IMG/VR virus record: IMGVR_UViG_3300021375_002698
Length of the DNA stretch: 64,000 nucleotides
Origin: a virus
Strand: one strand, 5' to 3'
Positions 50,857-58,882 of the stretch are shown here, in pieces. Below the pieces are notes generated by a model. The model had not been told where the DNA came from. It worked only from the letters and a program-made list of their open reading frames with translations, and made no database searches. Numbering within the stretch: position 1 is the stretch's first letter; every line of letters begins with the position of its first letter. A program made the translations under genes and the position numbers.

Positions 50857-51495
50857 ATGAATAAAATATGCTTAGGGCTAGACTTAGAACCGGGTACTAG
50901 ATTATTTAATTACTATAAAGTTATTGATGAAACTAAAGACTTAGTTCACAGTTATAAAATAAATCCATCTTACTTTTTAGGAAATCAAAGAGTCTTAGAC
51001 AAATTAATTAAACAATTAAATTATATTGGCGCAAAGTGGATATACGATGGAAAAATCGGTGATGTACTTCATAATAACGATCATTACGCTTATCACATAT
51101 ATGACGTGCTTAGAGCAAGTGGTGTAACGCTTAATCCATATGCAGGATATGAATCTTTAGTTCCATTTACAAGATATGAACATAAAATGAACTTTGTTTT
51201 ATGCAAAACTTCAAATATAGGATCAGAATTCATGCAAAGTGAAGATGTATTTGAAAAGATATACGATATGTCAAAAAAATTAAAAACTGGCATCTTAGTT
51301 GCAGGAAATAAAGAAAATATATTAGAAAAAACAATAGAAAAATGTCCGAACGCTGAAATTTTGTGTACAGGAATAGAAATACAAGGCGGCTCAATTAATA
51401 AAAATATAAAAAATGAAAATGTAATATATAACATATCTAGATCAATAGTTAATTCTTCAAACCCAAGATTAGAGTTAGAAAAATATATTAAATAA
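50857..51495 (+). CDS. pyrF: Orotidine-5'-phosphate decarboxylase
   Basis: CLGLD, YKIN, DGKIGD (D-x-K-x-x-D), TLNPYAG, CKTSN, QGG, NISRSI. Confidence 0.88.
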   Translation: MNKICLGLDLEPGTRLFNYYKVIDETKDLVHSYKINPSYFLGNQRVLDKLIKQLNYIGAKWIYDGKIGDVLHNNDHYAYHIYDVLRASGVTLNPYAGYESLVPFTRYEHKMNFVLCKTSNIGSEFMQSEDVFEKIYDMSKKLKTGILVAGNKENILEKTIEKCPNAEILCTGIEIQGGSINKNIKNENVIYNISRSIVNSSNPRLELEKYIK

Positions 51496-51685
51496 TATTA
51501 TCTCCACCTTTTAGTAACATTTATACATAAACTTCATGCACAACAAAAATTACTGGAACATATACATTAGAAAAAAGACGATGTTTATGGAGATAACAAC
51601 TTTAAGAAAAACTGATATTAAAAATATCTTATATTAAAATTCATTTTAATTATCATTATCTTCGTTCGAATGTGAATTTGCTTTA

Positions 51686-52366
51686 TTATAAACTCGTATT
51701 TCCCGCTGCTTTTTGTTGATCAATTAATTCTTGGTTTATAAAAGTTGTTTTATCATAATCTTTGCTTTTTTTACCTTTAACATTATCTTTGTTTACTTTT
51801 TCGCTTTTTTTAACAATATATCTTTCAAACTTTTTTACAATTTGATTAAAATCATAAATATCAATTTTAGGATCATCACCTCTCATATATGACTTAGACT
51901 TTTCCTGAACTTTTTTGCCTATTAATTTAACAATTCTAATAACACATGCTTTAGGGTCATCTTCTACATCACTATTTAAAGCTGAATATTTCTTAACTAA
52001 ATCTACTAATTTTTCTACATGATAGTGTGTATCATCATAGCTTCTACTTTGAACAACGTTATCTTTCATGTATTGATTTATTTTTTCATCTATTTCTTTT
52101 TTTACGAAACTATCGCTAACGCCTTTTTGTTTGAGCTGACTATTCATTTCAGAAGTAGCTGCTTCACGCGAATTTGAATTAGGACTCGCTTGTGTTTGTT
52201 TAAAAGGATTTAAAGCAATAGCTGCCAAAGCTGCTAATGCCAAGTTTTGTTTTAAACCCTCTTCAAGCACTTCTTGGCTATCAACATTGTCTTCGTCATT
52301 TAATAGTCTTCGCCAGCTTTCTACTAAAACCTTTGTTTCTTTTTTATTATTAATATTATTAATCAT
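51686..52366 (-). CDS. Hypothetical protein with class B leader and internal hydrophobic segment
   Basis: ETKVLVESWRRLLNDE...LEEG followed by LALAALAAIAL. Confidence 0.75.
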   Translation of the reverse strand: MINNINNKKETKVLVESWRRLLNDEDNVDSQEVLEEGLKQNLALAALAAIALNPFKQTQASPNSNSREAATSEMNSQLKQKGVSDSFVKKEIDEKINQYMKDNVVQSRSYDDTHYHVEKLVDLVKKYSALNSDVEDDPKACVIRIVKLIGKKVQEKSKSYMRGDDPKIDIYDFNQIVKKFERYIVKKSEKVNKDNVKGKKSKDYDKTTFINQELIDQQKAAGNTSL

Positions 52367-52470
52367 TCTTAATTCCTATCTTTATTTACCATAAGCTTTA
52401 CTATAATTATTCTTTGCAATCTAAAAATTACTTTTTATAAATTAATATAAATCTTTATATTATTTCGTTT

Positions 52471-52632
52471 ATGAATAAAAAATATATAATAACAACAACT
52501 CAATTAAAAATGATTAACATATTAATAAAAACAGCTGAAGAGTCTATTAATAGAAATACTTTTTCTAAAGATGAAATTGAAAAAATTAAAAAAACTGTAA
52601 AAATATTAAACTCTTACCCAACTAATGTTTAA
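52471..52632 (+). CDS. Small hypothetical protein, 53 aa (not in the ORF track)
   Basis: MNKKYIITTTQLKMINILIK...; fills the intergenic gap; no clear RBS. Confidence 0.4.
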   Translation: MNKKYIITTTQLKMINILIKTAEESINRNTFSKDEIEKIKKTVKILNSYPTNV

Positions 52633-53302
52633 ATTTCTTGTATAGTTTTTTAGCTAAAGCTTTTCCGCTATTAATATCAGATGGAAAATGAACACCTCTA
52701 TCTAACCTTGACTGCGAAATCTTTTTAGCAAGATTCAAGAACTCTTTTCTTAACAACGGAAAACGATCAGATAGTCTGTAAGCGATATAATATCCCTGCG
52801 CAGCATGACCTGAAGGATATGCACTTGATTCTGCTGATTCTAAATCATCGCTATTAAATATAATATTGTGTTTTTTAGCTAAAAATTTAGGTCTTAAACA
52901 ACTAAAATGTTCTTTATGATAATAAATGATTTCAGAAATCTCGCTTTTTATTTTTTTTACCAAATCGATATGAGAATCAAAACCACTGTCAATAATTAAT
53001 TCATCAAATAATTCATTAATTTCAACGTCTAGTCTGTAAAGCATACTCTCATCATTAAACTTATTATTATACTGTTTTTTTATCAAATTTAACTCTTTAA
53101 CTCTTTCTAATTCAGATGGCGGATCATCTATCAATATTTCTTCATCAATATCTGAATAATGATTCGTTTCAAGCATACTCTCAAACTTTTTCGGCTCATC
53201 TGACATGTTATACACTAAGCCTTTAAGAATAAACTTATTACTTAACTCAAATAATATAACTTCACGTATTAATTTTCTCAATAATATTTCTGATATTTTC
53301 AT
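52622..53302 (-). CDS. PAP2-family phosphatase with class A leader
   Basis: K-x6-RP, YPSGH and SR-x5-HFPSD motifs. Confidence 0.88.
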   Translation of the reverse strand: MKISEILLRKLIREVILFELSNKFILKGLVYNMSDEPKKFESMLETNHYSDIDEEILIDDPPSELERVKELNLIKKQYNNKFNDESMLYRLDVEINELFDELIIDSGFDSHIDLVKKIKSEISEIIYYHKEHFSCLRPKFLAKKHNIIFNSDDLESAESSAYPSGHAAQGYYIAYRLSDRFPLLRKEFLNLAKKISQSRLDRGVHFPSDINSGKALAKKLYKKFKH

Positions 53303-53369
53303 AATAAAAGCCTTTTAATGTTTTTTAGTTATACTTATAATATATACATAAAAAAAAGAAAGAAAATTT

Positions 53370-53744
53370 ATGCTAATAACAGAAAAAAAGCTTAGAAAAA
53401 TTATAAAAAACGTTATATCTGAAAATTATGAAGAAAACGAATACTACTCTAGCGGAAGCAGCTTAGAAGACTCGCTTGAACAAGGTAATCCAGATCCTGA
53501 AAGATACTCTTTCGATAATCACGGATATGAAAAAGATATTAAGCATCCAGAATATACAAAAGTAAATGATCCTGTAACTGGAGAAGTATTCTATGTAGAT
53601 GAAGTCACAGATGAAATCATGTCAGAAGATGAATTTAACAAAAGAATAGGCAACTTAGACTTTGACTACCCACCAACTTATGATGAAGATGAAATAAACA
53701 CTTCATACGACATGAGTGATATGCCAGCAGGCGGTTACAATTAA
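53370..53744 (+). CDS. Acidic hypothetical protein with class A leader
   Basis: MLITEKKLRKIIKNVISE followed by a D/E/Y-rich body. Confidence 0.75.
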   Translation: MLITEKKLRKIIKNVISENYEENEYYSSGSSLEDSLEQGNPDPERYSFDNHGYEKDIKHPEYTKVNDPVTGEVFYVDEVTDEIMSEDEFNKRIGNLDFDYPPTYDEDEINTSYDMSDMPAGGYN

Positions 53745-53781
53745 TACGGCGACATACTTGATTATGATCTAGACTAATGCT

Positions 53782-54042
53782 TTACATATCTATATCACCG
53801 CTTATATCACCTAATCCAAAATAATCTAACAAGTCTTCACAAGTTAAATTCATCTTAGCTTGCTCTATATCCAAACTTCCACAGCTATCAATATAATTCA
53901 ACGCTCCCCTATGCAATACCATGCAATCTTCAACTAAAATCGTCAACTCCCTACACTCACTAGTATCTTCTTCTTTTTCCACTCTATCATCATTGCAAGA
54001 AATAAATAAAAACAACAATACAATATATAAAAACCTAAACAT
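53782..54042 (-). CDS. Small lipoprotein
   Basis: Signal peptide with FISC lipobox; four further Cys. Confidence 0.7.
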   Translation of the reverse strand: MFRFLYIVLLFLFISCNDDRVEKEEDTSECRELTILVEDCMVLHRGALNYIDSCGSLDIEQAKMNLTCEDLLDYFGLGDISGDIDM

Positions 54043-54062
54043 TTCAAAAAACCCTTTATCTT

Positions 54063-54104
54063 TAAATATTAATAAGTTGTTTCTAAATATTAATAAGTTG
54101 TTTC
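54063..54104. repeat. 2 x 21-bp tandem repeat
   Basis: TAAATATTAATAAGTTGTTTC twice, upstream of the lipoprotein gene. Confidence 0.9.
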
Positions 54105-54135
54105 TTTTTCACTTCACAAAATAATAAATACCTAA

Positions 54136-54474
54136 TTAACAACCACAAGATTCTGAACATACTTTTTCACAATGAATACACTTACATATCTCGTCTAAAC
54201 ATCTACAACAACCCATAATATCTCCTCTACAGCAGTGTGCACATAATTCAATACAATGAATAGCCATCTTATGATTAGCTTTGCAAATCTTATCACACAT
54301 CTCTATCAATTCTTGTTTGGACATATCACAGCAAAACTTTGCTTTACTCATATTAGTACTAGAATCCACTTCTCTATGATCAAAGTCTCTTTGTAAATAA
54401 TCTTCAGGCATAAATTCAGACTCATTTAATACACTTTTTATAATACTTCTTAACTTACTTTCAGTTATTTTCAT
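54136..54474 (-). CDS. Cys-rich putative metal-binding protein (Csp/metallothionein-like) with class A leader
   Basis: 17 Cys in the C-terminal ~65 aa, in CxxC/CxxxC spacing; AAGGAG RBS. Confidence 0.7.
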   Translation of the reverse strand: MKITESKLRSIIKSVLNESEFMPEDYLQRDFDHREVDSSTNMSKAKFCCDMSKQELIEMCDKICKANHKMAIHCIELCAHCCRGDIMGCCRCLDEICKCIHCEKVCSESCGC

Positions 54475-54522
54475 ATTAATCTCCTTAATTTTTTAATATA
54501 TCTATATATTATCAGCAAAAAA

Positions 54523-54993
54523 TTACATTCTTAATTGCTTTATTTTACCATATGCTCTACTATAATTATTCTTTACCATCTCACAATTACTCTTTATACT
54601 CTCACAAAACGCTAATTTAAACTCTTCATCAACTCGATCAACTAAACGAGAAACCTCAGACTTCCAATACTTCAAACAAGCGTGCGTTGAAGGTAAACTC
54701 TTAAAATTATCCTCACAACCTGATGATAAAGCATCACATATTTTATTCACTTCTTCTCTTGACAAGAACCCAAATCTAATTGAATCAACTAATGTACCGA
54801 AAAATCCTGTACTCACACTCATTAACTTCATTACTTCAACCTTGGAACTAGCACCACTTATCTGATCCTTTGGCACCACAGAAGTCATAGTCTGTTTATC
54901 AATAGGATCAGGACTAGGTCTCATACTATATACGTCTTCACTTATCAAATCTCTCCAACTCTCAACTAATAATCTTGTCTCTTCTTTGTTCAT
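54523..54993 (-). CDS. Hypothetical protein with class B leader
   Basis: MNKEETRLLVESWRDLISE; AGGAG RBS. Confidence 0.75.
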   Translation of the reverse strand: MNKEETRLLVESWRDLISEDVYSMRPSPDPIDKQTMTSVVPKDQISGASSKVEVMKLMSVSTGFFGTLVDSIRFGFLSREEVNKICDALSSGCEDNFKSLPSTHACLKYWKSEVSRLVDRVDEEFKLAFCESIKSNCEMVKNNYSRAYGKIKQLRM

Positions 54994-55070
54994 TACATTA
55001 ACTCCTAATCAATCTTTATATGCATATAAATATGTTTAATCAATTCAATATGAAAAGTTTAACACAATTA

Positions 55071-55094
55071 AACGTCGTGACACAGGCGACACCC
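55071..55094. repeat. 24-bp dispersed direct repeat, copy 1
   Basis: AACGTCGTGACACAGGCGACACCC; 21/24 identical to 55805-55828. Confidence 0.8.
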
Positions 55095-55125
55095 ATCTCG
55101 ATCAAAATTATCAAATATTTCCGAC

Positions 55126-55731
55126 TTAAAATCGACCTCTGTCCATCATGTCTTTTTGACGCGCTTTTTCTTCAGATCTTTCTATACTTAAACGATCTAA
55201 ATGATCTAAATTAGGTTTACCATACTTATTTCCTCTTTTAGTAATTGCTTTGATATCATCGCTATAATGAATCTCTCTAGGATCTGTTCCATGGTAACCC
55301 GGTGCTGATTTATCTACAAAACTTTCGCCATCTAATCTTAACTTATAATGCGTATTACTTCCTGCTTCTTTAAAAACAATAATATTAATCTCACTTTTTA
55401 AGTCGCTATCTTCAATCACAAATAAAGGAATCAAGGCTTTTGACTCATTCTTGTTAGCCCACTTGATATCTTCAACACTATCTGGACTTATTACTATTTC
55501 ATTTGTATTGATTTGTTTACCCTTTAATAATTCTATAAGCTTGTCAGCTTCTTGTTCTCCCGCAATTATACCATGATCAGGAATAAAATCATACTTAAGA
55601 CTTCTTGCTTCAGACTCGCTTATCTCTTTACCTCTTTTACTTAAGTCTATATTACCTCTACTATTTTTACTAGCTGATTCTTTCAATATATTTCTTATAA
55701 TTCTTCTTAATCTACTCTCAGTTATTCTCAT
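55126..55731 (-). CDS. Hypothetical protein with class A leader
   Basis: MRITESRLRRIIRNILKE; AGGAG RBS. Confidence 0.75.
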   Translation of the reverse strand: MRITESRLRRIIRNILKESASKNSRGNIDLSKRGKEISESEARSLKYDFIPDHGIIAGEQEADKLIELLKGKQINTNEIVISPDSVEDIKWANKNESKALIPLFVIEDSDLKSEINIIVFKEAGSNTHYKLRLDGESFVDKSAPGYHGTDPREIHYSDDIKAITKRGNKYGKPNLDHLDRLSIERSEEKARQKDMMDRGRF

Positions 55732-55802
55732 ATTATCTCCTAATTAATATTTAATATAAATATATATATTCAATCAAATCACAAATATAAATTAAACAAG
55801 CA

Positions 55803-56312
55803 TCAACGTCGTGACACCCGAGACACCCTACTCCACACAGTCGCTTCCCAACCATCACTATCATCAACATACTTTCGCCCAGTATCTACAAATCCAGCAT
55901 TGCTAAACGCTCTCTTAGAAGAAATATTGTCCACACCAATCAACAAATCAGCAGCTTCTCTACCCACAAAAAACTTCGATATCGCAATACTACCTATTCC
56001 TCTAATACTCTCCCTTACTTCACTATCAATATAAATCGCACCCACTCTCCATCCACTTCTTTCTTCTCGAGGTGTCATAAACCCCACTAACTCGCCTTCA
56101 TAATATATTCCCCCTCTTAAACGTCTACTATCATCAGGATATACAAAACCACTTATCTCACCATCTTCATCTCCCTTCATTAACAAATCGCTATCAATAT
56201 CATCAGGATATGCTACTTCAACATCTCCACTAGCAGCTATATCTATCTCTTCTCTTAATAACTTTCTCCATCCCTCAACTAATAGCTTCGTCTCTCTACA
56301 ATTCATGCTCAT
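55803..56312 (-). CDS. GNAT-family acetyltransferase with class B leader
   Basis: GELVGF, IYID...RGIGS (motif A), N-x-x-S-x-x-x-F-x-x-x-GF (motif B). Confidence 0.78.
   Translation of the reverse strand: MSMNCRETKLLVEGWRKLLREEIDIAASGDVEVAYPDDIDSDLLMKGDEDGEISGFVYPDDSRRLRGGIYYEGELVGFMTPREERSGWRVGAIYIDSEVRESIRGIGSIAISKFFVGREAADLLIGVDNISSKRAFSNAGFVDTGRKYVDDSDGWEATVWSRVSRVSRR
55805..55828. repeat. 24-bp dispersed direct repeat, copy 2
   Basis: AACGTCGTGACACCCGAGACACCC; encodes the last codons of the GNAT gene. Confidence 0.8.
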
Positions 56313-56548
56313 AAGTCGCTCTCTTTTCTTTTATCTATATATCAAAAAGTTATTCAAAAGTTCTCCCGAAAATTTTTGACCAAAAACTGAAAATTGGTTT
56401 ATCAAAAAGCGCCGCAAACTACTACGAAAAGCTATTTCTTTTCTTTCTACTCTTATCTATATACGTGACTCGTGGTGTTAGGGTAACGAAGAAAATACTT
56501 TTAAAAGTTGTGAGTGAGGAGAAGCGACAGCCGACTTAGGCGCGGCCC

Positions 56549-56578
56549 GTGTAAATTACTCACTGAGTTTGATATAAT
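56549..56578 (+). promoter_or_regulatory. Early-type promoter P1
   Basis: GTGTAA-N18-TATAAT. Confidence 0.75.
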
Positions 56579-56582
56579 ATAG

Positions 56583-56622
56583 GGGGCTTTTTAGGGGCCC
56601 AAAAAGGGCTACTAAGAGCCCC
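56583..56622 (+). other. GC-rich hairpin directly downstream of P1
   Basis: GGGGCTTTTTAG pairs with CTAAGAGCCCC around an inner GGCCC-AAAAA-GGGCT stem. Confidence 0.6.
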
Positions 56623-56637
56623 GGGGCTTTTGGCCTA

Positions 56638-56667
56638 GTGTAAAATTTAAAATTTAATTGATATAAT
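56638..56667 (+). promoter_or_regulatory. Early-type promoter P2
   Basis: GTGTAA-N18-TATAAT followed by CATCATGTAA. Confidence 0.8.
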
Positions 56668-56883
56668 CATCATGTAATAAATAATAAATAATAAAATTAT
56701 TTAAAATAAAAAAAATAAAAAATAAAAAAATTAAATATTATAAATCAGATATTAATATTAAATGTGTATTTTTAAAATATAATATATATAATATCAATAT
56801 AATAAATAATAAATAAAAAAATTATTTAAAATAATAAAATTAAATATTATAAAACTATAAAGATAGGAAATGAAGGAAAACGA

Positions 56884-56913
56884 GTGTAAAACGATGAGAT
56901 CAGATAATACAAT
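56884..56913 (+). promoter_or_regulatory. Early-type promoter P3
   Basis: GTGTAA-N18-TACAAT followed by CATTATGTAA. Confidence 0.75.
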
Positions 56914-56950
56914 CATTATGTAATTAATTAATATCTTTGAAAGGATATGT

Positions 56951-57622
56951 ATGAAACATCCACTAATACAAACTGTAATTGATAATGCTGAAACAAGAAA
57001 ATTCCTTAAAGATCTATTCGAAAAGAATTTATCTGAGGGTAAAGATAAAACTTCTGTTTTAAGATTTGGGGAAGCCTTGATTGATATATTGAAAGATGAA
57101 GTCGGTTCATTAAAAGGAAAACGTGTAACATCTGGAGATACGGGTTGGCGAACTGAAATAAAATCAATGTTTTCGGGACGAGGAAGACAATGGATTAAAG
57201 TTGGAATTGATAAGGTGACACCGAGATTGGATAAATTTGATGAGGATGGAATTGACACATCAGAATATCGAAAATGGATTAAATCTAAGGATTATGCATG
57301 GATTAGATTTAATGGAGCTCGAATTAATGATGGTGTAAATTGTGGAGGATTTGAGATAAGAACATCAGGATCCAAAATCGATCATCCGAAACAGTTATGT
57401 TATATACCGATGGATGAACTCAGTGAGGATAAAATCGAAAGATTATCAGGAACTCCCCATTCTATGAGTTTAGAAGTTATAACAGAAAAAGTTGAAGAGG
57501 AAACGATTGAGGAAACGATTGAGGAAAACACGAATCTGGACGAAGAGATTGATACAGAGGAAACAACTGGGGAAGTTACGAATGAAGACGAAGTAGATGA
57601 AGAAGATATATACTCTGTGTAA
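56951..57622 (+). CDS. Hypothetical early protein with acidic tail; paralog of 62707..63459
   Basis: Shared GRG-x-x-W, AWIRF-x-G, GSKIDHPKQL and GTPHS; AAGGA RBS. Confidence 0.85.
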   Translation: MKHPLIQTVIDNAETRKFLKDLFEKNLSEGKDKTSVLRFGEALIDILKDEVGSLKGKRVTSGDTGWRTEIKSMFSGRGRQWIKVGIDKVTPRLDKFDEDGIDTSEYRKWIKSKDYAWIRFNGARINDGVNCGGFEIRTSGSKIDHPKQLCYIPMDELSEDKIERLSGTPHSMSLEVITEKVEEETIEETIEENTNLDEEIDTEETTGEVTNEDEVDEEDIYSV

Positions 57623-57657
57623 TTAGGGTTTGGGTTGGGGATTGATGGATAAACGAC

Positions 57658-57745
57658 GATTAGATAAATGATTTGAAGTTACGATGATTAGATAAATGAT
57701 TTGAAGTTACGATGATTAGATAAATGATTTGAAGTTACGATGATT
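57658..57745. repeat. 3 x 28-bp tandem repeat
   Basis: GATTAGATAAATGATTTGAAGTTACGAT three times plus GATT; no spacers. Confidence 0.95.
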
Positions 57746-57755
57746 CGTATCGTCA
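57725..57755 (+). repeat. 31-bp TGAYTYGA-N18-CGTCA element
   Basis: TGATTTGAAGTTACGATGATTCGTATCGTCA. Confidence 0.7.
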
Positions 57756-57758
57756 AAC

Positions 57759-57788
57759 GTGTAAAAATTTGATTCTTTAATGTATAAT
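57759..57788 (+). promoter_or_regulatory. Early-type promoter P4
   Basis: GTGTAA-N18-TATAAT. Confidence 0.8.
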
Positions 57789-57843
57789 ATACATGTAAGG
57801 AAGGAAACAATATTTCAAGCAACATCACGATGAAAGGTTTAAT

Positions 57844-58089
57844 ATGATTTTTGTTTCAGTTGTACAACGTGGATATACAGAGTCGCAGTTATATGGTCCA
57901 TTTAAAACAGTTGAAGAAGCGCGTCATGAATTTACTGATAGTGTTACACGAGGAGATGATGGTGACGAAACGAAGTATACATTTTTTGAAGTTAAAAATG
58001 AAGTGATGAAAGAAGTTGGATATGTTTTGTTTTACGATGAGTGTGATGATAAAGATGATTTTAAGGAAGAATATTTTCTAAACGTGTAA
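57844..58089 (+). CDS. Hypothetical acidic early protein
   Basis: GAAAGG RBS; YGPF-x-T-x-EEA motif; stop codon lies within the next -35 box. Confidence 0.8.
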   Translation: MIFVSVVQRGYTESQLYGPFKTVEEARHEFTDSVTRGDDGDETKYTFFEVKNEVMKEVGYVLFYDECDDKDDFKEEYFLNV

Positions 58090-58113
58090 TTTATGAAGTT
58101 GTTATATTATAAT
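58084..58113 (+). promoter_or_regulatory. Early-type promoter P5
   Basis: GTGTAA-N18-TATAAT. Confidence 0.8.
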
Positions 58114-58159
58114 AACGATGTAAGGATAATTAATCAATTAACGACGAGAGGTTTATTTT

Positions 58160-58243
58160 ATGGATATTTATGGAATTTTATTAACAATCACAGTGACACT
58201 TCCAATGGCTGGGTTTATCTATCTGTTCTTGTTTGAACAATAA
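58160..58243 (+). CDS. 27-aa single-TM peptide (not in the ORF track)
   Basis: MDIYGILLTITVTLPMAGFIYLFLFEQ; GAGAGG RBS; first ORF after P5. Confidence 0.65.
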   Translation: MDIYGILLTITVTLPMAGFIYLFLFEQ

Positions 58244-58305
58244 ACGTTGTTTTGAGTTGTCATATTGAAAATATTTTTTAACTACTAACATTAGATGAGT
58301 GAGGT

Positions 58306-58494
58306 TTGTGTATGTTGATTTATAAGATCCAGGCATTTTTGATTGTATTGTTTTTGTCTATATCTTTTCTTGGGTGTATATGTTTAGCTTATGATGCATA
58401 TCTAGGTGACGAAGTTAATGTTGTGTGCTCTGGAGAGGTTTCAAGGAAAGACTGTGATGAGTATAAAGAGACTATTCGTAATCTTGATAGATGA
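58306..58494 (+). CDS. Small membrane protein
   Basis: N-terminal TM helix; GAGG nearby (true start may be ATG 58312). Confidence 0.65.
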   Translation: MCMLIYKIQAFLIVLFLSISFLGCICLAYDAYLGDEVNVVCSGEVSRKDCDEYKETIRNLDR

Positions 58495-58522
58495 CTTGAT
58501 GTTACAAGGTTAGGATACGTCA
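58492..58522 (+). repeat. 31-bp TGAYTYGA-N18-CGTCA element
   Basis: TGACTTGATGTTACAAGGTTAGGATACGTCA, within an AGATGAC/GTCATCT inverted repeat. Confidence 0.85.
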
Positions 58523-58530
58523 TCTGTGAT

Positions 58531-58560
58531 GTGTAAAATTTATTAATTAAATATTATAAT
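58531..58560 (+). promoter_or_regulatory. Early-type promoter P6
   Basis: GTGTAA-N18-TATAAT. Confidence 0.8.
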
Positions 58561-58655
58561 CACCATGTAATAAATAATAAATTATTTAAAAATTAAATAA
58601 AAAAAATATTAATTATTATAAATCTTTAAAATTTATAAATCTGAAAGGATTTAAT

Positions 58656-58850
58656 ATGAGTTCTGTTAAAATTCGTCAAGTATACATTGAATATCGTGAT
58701 ATGTCTGTTAGAGAGTTCGGTTATGACTCTTTTGTAAAAGCTTTATCTCAATTCGTGACAAGAAACGCAGATTTAGGAGATATTGCGATTGCATCTCAGC
58801 TTGCTTACCGTTATCTTACTGAGCAAAGACAACATGATTATATAATTTGA
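58656..58850 (+). CDS. Hypothetical early protein
   Basis: TCTGAAAGGATTTAAT RBS block. Confidence 0.8.
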   Translation: MSSVKIRQVYIEYRDMSVREFGYDSFVKALSQFVTRNADLGDIAIASQLAYRYLTEQRQHDYII

Positions 58851-58874
58851 TGTGACAAGGCTTGGATACGTTCA
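58843..58874 (+). repeat. Degenerate copy of the 31-bp element
   Basis: TAATTTGATGTGACAAGGCTTGGATACGTTCA. Confidence 0.75.
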
Positions 58875-58882
58875 TCAGCGAT

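Noticed and set aside
56794-57258. Minus-strand 154-aa ORF
   Set aside because: It is antisense to a gene that has a promoter, an RBS and a paralog, and it runs into the low-complexity AT tract.
57626-57640. G-quadruplex (GGGTTTGGGTTGGGG)
   Set aside because: Only three G-tracts of three or more, which is insufficient for a canonical intramolecular G4.
57658-57745. 28-bp repeats as a CRISPR array
   Set aside because: The units are directly adjacent with no spacers, and no cas operon is present.
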